A stretch of DNA of 62,931 bases, the filler included, from Rhabdomonas costata (taxonomy: Eukaryota), in the NCBI GenBank assembly GCA_019059605.1. It is 25 parts of 25 records of this genome, joined end to end, with 100 filler letters (N's around TTAATTAATTAA, not from the genome) between each part and the next. Parts side by side here need not be neighbours in the genome. Positions count along the whole stretch, not along the records: positions 52,953 to 55,373 come from JAHMHO010003506.1; positions 55,474 to 57,893 come from JAHMHO010003507.1; positions 57,994 to 60,411 come from JAHMHO010003508.1; positions 60,512 to 62,931 come from JAHMHO010003509.1; 21 more parts are not named here. One strand, written 5' to 3'. Positions within the stretch are counted from its first letter, which is position 1. Every line of letters starts with the position of its first letter. A program made the translations under genes and the position numbers. The notes under the pieces are model-generated. The model ran no database searches and was not told the DNA's origin. It worked only from the letters and a program-made list of their open reading frames with translations. Positions 54,351-62,931 of the stretch are shown piece after piece.

Positions 54351-55359
54351 CTGGCGGCCACCTCGGGATCCATCAGTCCCTGAAGCACGCCCTGGTGCCT
54401 GTGGACGTAGTCTCGCAGGCGGGCCACGATCCGCGAGCCGTACACCCGGCTGCAGAACCCGGGCACAGAGATCCTCCGGGCCCTGCAAAATCACAACAAA
54501 GAAACCAGCTCAATTTCAAAAGAGTGAGCATGCTCGAAAAAACATAATGTTGCTGGAGATGCCGCTGTGCTGGAAAACGACACTCCGGAGTCGAAGGTCT
54601 TTGCGAAGACTCAGCAGCCCTGCAGAGGAAAGAAGAGTCTTTGATGTCAGAGGCGCGGTGCAATGTCACGTGGAGATGGGCATGTTCACGGTAAACGGGT
54701 ACAGCTTTCTCGCAGCAGTGGCGACTGCCGCAAGATTCAAAGAGAAAAAGATAATGCGATCTCGAGGAAGAAACCTTTCCCAAGTGATCCCAATGGACTC
54801 CTGATGGGCGATGTGAGGGGTCCACTAGAAACCGGCCATATATGGGTGGTCTTGGCTATTTTAAGGCTACATTGCACTGCGCCCCCCTCCCCCAAAAAGC
54901 GACCAGACAGGGGAGGCATGAAACTTCACCGAAAAGTTTACTTCGGATTGTTTAAAGAGAGAGAAGAGAGAAAGAAAAGAAGGGCCATTCGCCGATCTTC
55001 ATGCATGGGAGGTAGGGAGGGCAGGAACGGGTAGGCCTTCCCTGGCTCCAAAACCAGAGGGTTGGCCACGGACACCGCGGCCGACAATAAGCTGGAGGAG
55101 CCGGCTTCCCCCAAATACTTCACCTGCACGCAAACGCACGAAGAACTGCTGCCAACTTAGAAAGTCGAAAAGGAACTGGGTAGATGCCGGGCACGTACAG
55201 GCCACACGAAGCGCGAAGGAAAGGAAACTGCTTGCGTGTTTTGAAAACAAAGCAACAACAATCGGGAGAGCACAGTGAGACCAGCACATTGGCCCCCATG
55301 GAGAAGCCCACTCCGAAGATTGGGGCCTTAGGGTGCTTCAAGTGGACGTGGGCCACCAC
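54351..55359 (-). CDS. Alpha/beta hydrolase, ABHD1-3/YheT family; partial
   Basis: Exons 55359-55282 (PKAPIFGVGFSMGANVL, nucleophile GxSxG), from 55123 (VKYLGE..AAVSVANP) and 54482-54351 (GFCSRVY..LRDYV). Confidence 0.88.
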
Positions 55360-55473
55360 CTGAAGAGGGGGAGNNNNNNNNNNNNNNNNNNNNNNNNNNN
55401 NNNNNNNNNNNNNNNNNTTAATTAATTAANNNNNNNNNNNNNNNNNNNNNNNNNNNNNNNNNNNNNNNNNNNN

Positions 55474-55561
55474 AAGCTCTTCCGCTTGCTTTCTCTCAGA
55501 TGTGCAAGCGGTGTGGAACCGCGCCGCTTGCACATCTGAGAGAAAGCAAGCGGAAGAGCTT
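55474..55561. repeat. Perfect 38-bp inverted repeat with 12-nt spacer at contig start
   Basis: 55474-55511 is the exact reverse complement of 55524-55561. Confidence 0.95.
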
Positions 55562-56341
55562 CCAGGCACAACACAAAGACCTTCACTGAGGGAAAAAAGA
55601 GAGCACTCGGGAAAAGGGAACTGCTACAAAGAATGATGGGAAATGTCAGCTAGGTAAGAAGCACCGACACTGCCACAACAAGTCGCGACCGCTTTAGTCA
55701 AGAATAAAAACCACTTGCGGACGCACTGCCATCTTTACCTTGCCAAGTTGACTTGACTCCTCTTCGATACCTTTCTTACCCTTCAAAAGCAAAAGCAAAA
55801 ATAGTCCTTGGTTCTCTGCTGAGGAATAATCATCAAGCAAAGAGGCCTGTGCAGGTGATTCGTGCAATGGGATTCTTGAATTTTTTTTCTTGGGGGCGTT
55901 GAGCGTTTAGCTCCACAAAACGGTCATTTTCCTAAGCCCCTTAAATGACCCCCTTAAAACCCCTTAAAATATGAGGGAGCAGATAAACAGATAGCTACTC
56001 CCTTTAGCTTTAAAAAAAATATGCTTTTAGAGGCACAGTTTACCGAACCCCAGTGCCCTAAAAAAAACAAAAAAGTGTCCGATTCGGACATTTAGCCCAC
56101 CTGAAACGCAGTGCTAAACTGAGCATCGCCCACCCCATGGAACGTCCCAACCCATCCGCGCTGGCCTTCGCACCATAATAATCCCGTCCCATTTGTCTGC
56201 CAAAGCCCAGCAACGACAAATAAAAATCCGAACAAACACTGCTTTTGAACTTTATAAAGCCCCACACACAAAAAAAAATACAATGGTCCCCGTGCAAAAA
56301 CTCTCGAGCCCGCTGCGTATATGTGTGACCGTGCTCGCAAC

Positions 56342-56770
56342 CTTTCTCGTCTTGTTGTTCATCTGTTCGCATTTGCGGCACTGCCAATGGTTCTTAAAGT
56401 CCCCGACCAGCTCTCCATCGATGAATGGCGCGTCCCCAGGCTCGTCACCGAACATCCGGGCCTGCTTCATCCCACCAGGATTCGCTGCGCCGCAGCGATT
56501 GCAGTACGCCCGCCGCGCCCAGCAAACGTTCTTGCACTTCGGGCAGTCCCAGTCCCCAGGCTGCCGGAAGGGGGGCTTGGACACCCCTAGAGTCTGCATC
56601 TCTGACAGCTCGAGGTGCGCAAAACAATAGGGTGAAAAGCCAAACAGGGAGTGGGGGTGGGGGGTCAAAAAGCTGCAATACCAAATCCAAAAGCGTATTG
56701 GTGTGTCCAATAAATCAACTGAGGAAGCGAAAAGAACGGGCAACGAATTGGGATTGAAGAACTCCGCCAT
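56342..56770 (-). CDS. RanBP2-type zinc-finger protein; 5' part
   Basis: PGDWDCPKCKNVCWARRAYCNRCG is a complete RanBP2 finger. A second finger, WQCRKCEQMN..RK, is cut by a GT donor at 56341. Probable short first exon from ATG 56770. Confidence 0.85.
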
Positions 56771-57435
56771 TCAGCAAGCGGGAAGGAAACCGTCCTCGCA
56801 TCCATCATCGAATCTCCACCAACAAGCAGATACCACCAAAAAATCCCAGCGACCTGGACGATCGACCTCCAGTTCCGAATTACTTACACTGAAACATCAA
56901 CGCACCCAATCACCAAATCGTCAGAGAGCGGTCTCCTCTACCTGGTTCCCAAAACGAACAAGGCCAGTCCTCAATTTTTCCGTAGAACCAATTCATGATA
57001 AACCAATTCCTTCTTGCAAGTTGGTTGTTTGTTTGGTGACGCTTCAAGCACTTCTACGCACTCCAGTGATCCCAAGGAGGTGATTCACCTTGTGAACCAA
57101 TTGATGATGAGCATAAGAAATGACGAGTCTACGCAGACCTGTCTAACCAGAGTTGTCGGTATCTAACCATTTGGGGGACAGAATGGGCTAAAGAATAGCG
57201 ACACGTGCACATGTTTTCCCTTTGGTTTGAGGATGACTTTCCAGAGCTGACAAAGGCTGGTGTGATGAATTCCGCCGTGATGGGCTCATCTTCAGGTGAG
57301 CCAAGAACATACGGATAGATGTGCAATGCAGGCAAAAAAAAAAGGGCAATGCAAAGTACGGCAAAGAATGAAAGGTGGAACAAAGACAAAGTTTCATTCC
57401 AACTCATTCTCTTCCTCTGGCTCTCATCTCATCCC

Positions 57436-57893
57436 TCAGTAAGTGAAGTAAATGATATACTCGGGAAGACACTGGGCCCCGTTATAAACAATCAACCCCC
57501 GATGGACCTGATGGCCCCCGTTGGCGACTCCTGGGTTGGCAACCACGCTGTCATACAGCACCGTTGGAACATCTTTGCGAGCAGGCGGCCTGCGCATGTT
57601 CGCCAATGTGGAATCCGTGTAGAAAATGTCCCCCAGAGTGACGCGGCAGTAGAGCAGGCAGAACCTCCCTTGCGCATCTTTGCTGCGACAGTACTGGGCG
57701 GACTTGCACCCCTCCTGAGCAAAGTAGATGCCTGCGCCAAAGAGGCCGCCCAGGTTGGCAACCCTTTCGTCAAAACCATTGCGTGCAATGATCGTTGCAG
57801 TATCAGGGCTGGACCCATGAAATAGATACACCTCGTTGAGATCCCTGTTCAAAACACGGTGATGCTCGACTCCAGGCTGAATGGAGAGGATCG
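57436..57893 (-). CDS. PARP catalytic domain (tankyrase/PARP12-like C-terminus); 5' partial
   Basis: [60 protein letters not shown]. Confidence 0.92.
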
Positions 57894-60511
57894 NNNNNNN
57901 NNNNNNNNNNNNNNNNNNNNNNNNNNNNNNNNNNNNNTTAATTAATTAANNNNNNNNNNNNNNNNNNNNNNNNNNNNNNNNNNNNNNNNNNNNTTCGAGA
58001 CGAGAAGCTTCAGCTGAATCTTGCTCTGGAACGCACGTCAGCTTCCACCACGGCAACCACGGAGCAGGTGGTGGCCATCAGGTGCGTCGGTCAGCATTGG
58101 GCACTGTTGCACGGGATGAAAATGTTGCTTGGGCTTGGGGAGCCTTGGGGATTTGGAACCCCGCTGGGCTGCATTCTGTATCTCATGGTGTCTCCTCTTT
58201 TTTCCCTCTTCCCCTGTGTGTTTTTTTCTGACTGCCTCAGCTTGTGTTGCGGTTCCATGAGGAGGACCTTTGACGCTGGACATTGCCTTGCCTGTGGTAA
58301 GCCTGGCCCAGTCAAGCTCATTTCTGGATTCCCGTTGGTCGAAGGCGCTTGTGTCTTCACAAACTGATTGACAGAGAGCTTGGGGGTTCAGCGTGCCTGT
58401 TGATGAGGAAATACAGAGGGTGCTTGCTTGTGCTTTGCGGGGTGAATACGGTAATCAGGCAAATGCTTTCTCGAAGAGACACGGAGCTGGAGGCGCAGCA
58501 GGAGAGGCTGGTGCACCTCCAGAATCTCCACAAAAGGTATGCATATTATAATGAAGAATGTGATCTGTGCAAATGCGTTGGGAATTGTAAGAGATGTCAT
58601 GCGCAGGTTCTGTTTCCTATTGTAGTCCTGCTGCGCTTTCGCCTTCGCCTTCGCTCTTGATTGGAAACTCGAAAACAACCGCCGCGTAGGAAAGCATTGC
58701 GCATCTCACATCGCTTCGATTTTCCATTTTTTTCTGGGGGCCCTGTGTGTGCGTGGGGGAGGGGGCCCATGAGCAAACGTACTCGCGCACACGGAACGGG
58801 GGGCGCTCGTGGGCCCGCCAGCGCTCTCGTAGACCCTCTGGGGTGAGCTCCATCGCGACTACCCCGCTGACTGCGTGACATCCAAAAGCCGTGGGAAGAA
58901 CGGTGAGTGCAACACGCGTCGACACCCAGCCAGCAAATCAAAGCAGCAGTAGTGGTGGTTAGCAGCAGAAACCCGTCGCCCCCACACACTTACCTCTGCA
59001 ACCGCCGCTACACTGCCTGTATTTTTCTCCAGCTCCTTCCTTGCAACAAATCTGTCCACAAATAAGCAAACGACTGCCCTGGGCCGTGTCTGCGCAGGCC
59101 GTGGGGCTGACTGAACATCACCGACCCAGGCACCGCATTGCCTATGGAGTCCACCACAGGGGTGCTCCCGAAGCGCCCCGCGGCCCATACCACCTCCCCA
59201 GAGTGCCGACGGATCTGAGCAAAAATTGTGTACCAGAGGCAGGGTATGATGGAGAAAGATAGGCGAATGTAAGTCATAAGAGGTAACGTAGAATACGTCG
59301 ATGTAGAATACGGGATGTTGTAATGGCATACCTTAGTTAACAGCGCTCACAGCTGGGATGGAGGCAAGATGAATGCAACAATGATTTGCAGTGAAAAAAA
59401 AGTAGAAACAAAAAGAGAGGGCCAGGATGCATTGAGAAGCGAAAAATCAAATCGGAAGGGTGCAAACAGAAAAGAAGCCAAATTGCAGGAAAGCAAGGGC
59501 GTTTCCAAAAAAAAAGGTGCAAAAGGGCAAGAAAGAAATGGAGATGGTAATGGCGGGGACAGATTACGGTAACATAAACAAGGAAAAGACACAGTGAAAT
59601 AAGGTGACAAGATGACAAGGAGGGACGGGATGTTGTGGATACGGTTGCGAGGTGGAGGATGACCTCCTGCATTCGTTACGTCGCTAGGGACACGTTAAAT
59701 TCGATTTTCCGGAAACATGCACAGGTTGTGCGAAATGGATGCAAGCGATGCGACCTATGGCAAAGACTTATTCGGAAAGCATACCTGAAACTTTTCGCTT
59801 TCACAGCAGTTGGCGGGGGAGGCTGACCTGAAACACGGTACTCAGTGTACGGGAGGTGATGTACAGCACTCCTTCCGAGGGCACCAGCTGGACGGTGTTG
59901 AAGTGAGTGAGATCCCTGCGTGGAAAAACGGAGTAACCAGAATTGGCGTAATGCCGTCCGCAGAAAGGGCATACAAAAAAGAGATGCTGACGTTTTAGGC
60001 AGAACTAGTGCACGTGTACCGCAAATGAATTGATTCACGCCCGCAGGAGCAAATGCACGGGAACATGGGAATCAGTGAGCGACTGTAATGCCATCCCTGG
60101 GCGGTTTCTGGAGGACCCAGGAAGACCATAGGGACCCCCCACGCAACGCGTTGCGGGGAATCTAATCTAAAGGAACTTCATGATACAGCTGGAGATGATG
60201 ATGATGTTGTAATATAAACCATTCCGGAAGCAAATGCACCACTTCCAGCACCCAAACACACAATAAGTGGCATATGACTGATAACTGATACGAGTGAGGG
60301 CGGTGAAAACACGAGTTCTTTTAATGCAACAACACGATCCTATGCAGTTCTTGACAAAATAAAGGCTTGTGTGAGGTCGGCCTGTGAGTATGAGAGAGTA
60401 AACACAACCTANNNNNNNNNNNNNNNNNNNNNNNNNNNNNNNNNNNNNNNNNNNNTTAATTAATTAANNNNNNNNNNNNNNNNNNNNNNNNNNNNNNNNN
60501 NNNNNNNNNNN

Positions 60512-60690
60512 GAATAAAAAGTTTTGTTGTATTTCTTATTGTATAGTATCAGATTAGGACCATATTTGGTATTGATTTGTTTTATTGCATTAATGTCAAA
60601 TGATTTACCCTCACTTTGTTCATTTAATTTAATCATACTTGAATTATCAAAAATTTCGTCAAAGTTCATATATAATAATATCTTATACAT
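60512..60690 (-). CDS. AT-rich hypothetical protein (virus-like), runs off contig
   Basis: ATG 6 nt after the stop of the preceding ORF; K/N/I/Y-rich; open to the contig end. Confidence 0.55.
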
Positions 60691-60696
60691 TATTTT

Positions 60697-61041
60697 TCAG
60701 CAAATAAATTCAACAATAATTCCAACAATATCCATGCATAAATAAGTTCTTAATATAGATCTATATGCATCACGTTTTAATATTATCTTATTCTTTTCGT
60801 GTCGTTTTATTAAAGCCTTTTGTGTTGATAGGTAATTTCTCCAAAGATGCATAATCTTATCGTGCACAAAAATAACATAAAACCTAAAATCTATGAATCT
60901 TTCATCATCTAAGACTTGAGTATACTGATCAGTATCCTCATCATATATTAATACTGAGAACAGATCAAATCGATCATCAAATAAAACCCTATGGAAATAA
61001 TCATATTTATTTTTAATCAGTAATGTATCATTTCTTACCAT
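60697..61041 (-). CDS. AT-rich 114-aa hypothetical protein (giant-virus-like) with C-terminal L.xDI.xxI.xF motif
   Basis: A 114-codon ORF in very AT-rich DNA is unlikely by chance. It is intronless and ends YLCMDIVGIIVEFIC*. Confidence 0.7.
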   Translation of the reverse strand: MVRNDTLLIKNKYDYFHRVLFDDRFDLFSVLIYDEDTDQYTQVLDDERFIDFRFYVIFVHDKIMHLWRNYLSTQKALIKRHEKNKIILKRDAYRSILRTYLCMDIVGIIVEFIC

Positions 61042-61782
61042 AAGAATATTTACTATTAGTATATACTATTAATTTTAGTTATGGTTGCATTTGACACCAC
61101 AAGAACAGAACTCAATAAAATTAATCCTCTTAGGCGGAGTTTCCACACCACGAGAGCCTTAATTAGGGGTCGTATCCGCCTCAGTGCGTTGCCCTTTGTT
61201 TATAGTGGGGGGCTCGCCTGTAGCCCTACACCCACTTGTGAGAATACAGCAAAAGTGAAGCGGTACAAAGGTCTGTGAAAGGGGACACACAAGGGAAGTG
61301 AGCTGGCACCTGTAAGAAAAAGGTTTTGAAGACATACAGCAAGCACAGCTGAAAAACAAGCGGAAATCCTATTTACTGCATTTACAAAAGAAGAGAACAG
61401 AAGAAAACACCAATCCTACTTATGAGATGTTTCAGCTCTCCCTTCCTCCAAGAAGAAGCTTTGAACTTTCTGATCCTTATTGTTTGTAAGCATGGTGACC
61501 GTTCCAACAACCCACCCCCGTTTCAGTAATTTAAAAACTCAACAAAAGTAGTATGTGAGCTCCACGAAGTGGAGGTATTTTATTTTTGTTTGTTGTTTGT
61601 GTTGTTTGTTGTTTGTATCTGTTTGTAACAAAATCTCAAACATCAGACAAGGAAACATATCTCTTCATCTTATTATCTTTATCCCTCCCGTTCAGAAAGC
61701 ATTTCGAAAGAGCGCTTCAAACGCCCTCTCTTTTATCTACGTCTCGTCATCTTCTTCGCTCCTTTCCTCCATTTCCCCTCCA

Positions 61783-62445
61783 TCAAACACTCTTGATGCA
61801 ACAAGCATAGAGAGAAGCTATTTTCTCTTGCTCTTTCTGGAGATGTACATCTTTTACATCCGTGAAGACATCTGACCCGATGCCATTATCTCTTTGAACT
61901 AGACGGTACAACCGCAGACTCCAGTACTTGCAGAGGACCCCGTCGGTTTCAAACCGATGAAACCGAGCTCCAATCTGTTTCTCCTCCCGCCTGAAGGATA
62001 CGTAGCTGCGCAAACCAGAACAATAAACCAAAGAGAGAATGAATAATACGTTAAACGAAAAAGCGCAGAACGCTCCAAACCAGTCTGAATCATAAGTAAG
62101 AACTTTTGGGGTGCGACTCTGGACACAGAGACGTAAGTCCATGCGGTTGGTTGCGCTAACTTCAACGTTGAGGTTGTTTATGAACGTCAGCAGGTAGTCC
62201 AGAACCTGTGAAATTAGAATTGCACGCACTGCACAGTTGGTTCAAATGGTTCAAATATAAAAAACCAATCTGAAAGGTAACACAAAAACCATTTCAGGGA
62301 GTGGCTCTCCTTGCTCAAAAAGCTTTTCGCGAGTAGCGGCAAGTTCACGCTGCTTGGAACCGTACTTCTCCTTGCGGTCGCGAGCTTTTTGACGACGCCT
62401 TTCCTCACGATCTTGGTCATCGGTCAGAACATCTTCATTTTCCAT
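61783..62445 (-). CDS. Hypothetical protein with two short introns
   Basis: Exons 62445-62290, 62205-62081 and 62005-61783; introns of 84 nt and (predicted) 75 nt, GT-AG. Charged coiled-coil-like N-terminus; no family recognised. Confidence 0.55.
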
Positions 62446-62527
62446 TTCTCTCTTTCGGGGAGAGAAATAAGAAAATATGGAGTCGTAGAAGAGGGAGAAC
62501 ATGGAAGCTGCAAATAAATAAACGTTG

Positions 62528-62835
62528 TGGGAACGCTCTTGGGACGCTGTAGGAACGCTGTAGGAACGCTGTTGGAACGCTCTTGGAACGCTGTTGGAAC
62601 GCTACTGGAACGCTGTAGGAACGCTGCTGGAACGCTCTGGGAACGCTGTAGGAACGCTGCTGGAACGCTATTGGAACGCTGTAGGAACGTTGTAGGAATG
62701 CTCTGGGAACGCTCTGGGAACGGTGTTGGAACGCTCTGAGAACGCTATGGGAACGCTGTAGGAACGCTACTGGAACGCTATGGGAACACTATAGGAACGC
62801 TGTAGGAACGCTGTAGGAACGCTACTGGAATGCCC
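62528..62835 (+). repeat. 11-bp minisatellite (YNGGAACGCTN) x28
   Basis: 308 bp = 28 ungapped units with near-invariant core GGAACGCT and three variable spacer positions. Confidence 0.98.
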
Positions 62836-62931
62836 ACTTTTAATTGGTTTTAATATTCTGCAGTTAATATATAGATTATGGATTCTGTAAAATTTCATCC
62901 AATTTATAAAAATTATGGATACAACACAGAA

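Noticed and set aside
61693-61905. Alternative minus-strand frame readable if TAR = Gln (..KRK*LLSMLVASRVF..DET*IKERAF..)
   Set aside because: It overlaps a stop-free frame that already explains the region, and purine-rich 3' sequence gives such reads by chance.
62528-62835. CRISPR array
   Set aside because: 11-bp units with no unique spacers and no cas genes.

Overview
This window is not one locus. It is 25 unrelated ~2.42 kb contigs joined by an artificial 100-nt linker (N44-TTAATTAATTAA-N44), so nothing can be inferred about gene neighbourhood across linkers. The DNA is mostly from an intron-rich microbial eukaryote: GT-AG introns of 50-1000 nt, very degenerate donors, (CA)n/(GT)n tracts. 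It is plausibly a euglenid-like protist, but that is inference. Most contigs start with G/T-only and end with A/C-only runs, the footprint of degenerate-primer whole-genome amplification. Recognisable, mostly partial genes: nitrilase-family amidase, histidine-phosphatase homologue, HPP protein, DDX3/Ded1 helicase, GT61-like glycosyltransferase, F-box/WD40 protein, PKD2-like channel, iGluR-like channel, dCache-type receptor, LRR protein, ART-family ADP-ribosyltransferase, ABCF, USP, Wee1 kinase, ABHD/YheT hydrolase, RanBP2 zinc-finger protein and a PARP domain. There is also a decayed DD40/41D Tc1/mariner-type transposon. Most notable: (1) the last contig joins a very AT-rich, gene-dense, giant-virus-like block to a short-intron gene and a 28-copy 11-bp array; (2) an intronless iGluR-like channel has a non-K+ pore and an in-frame TAA inside M4; (3) several genes carry single-base lesions at key positions. 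I found no convincing multi-gene novel system.
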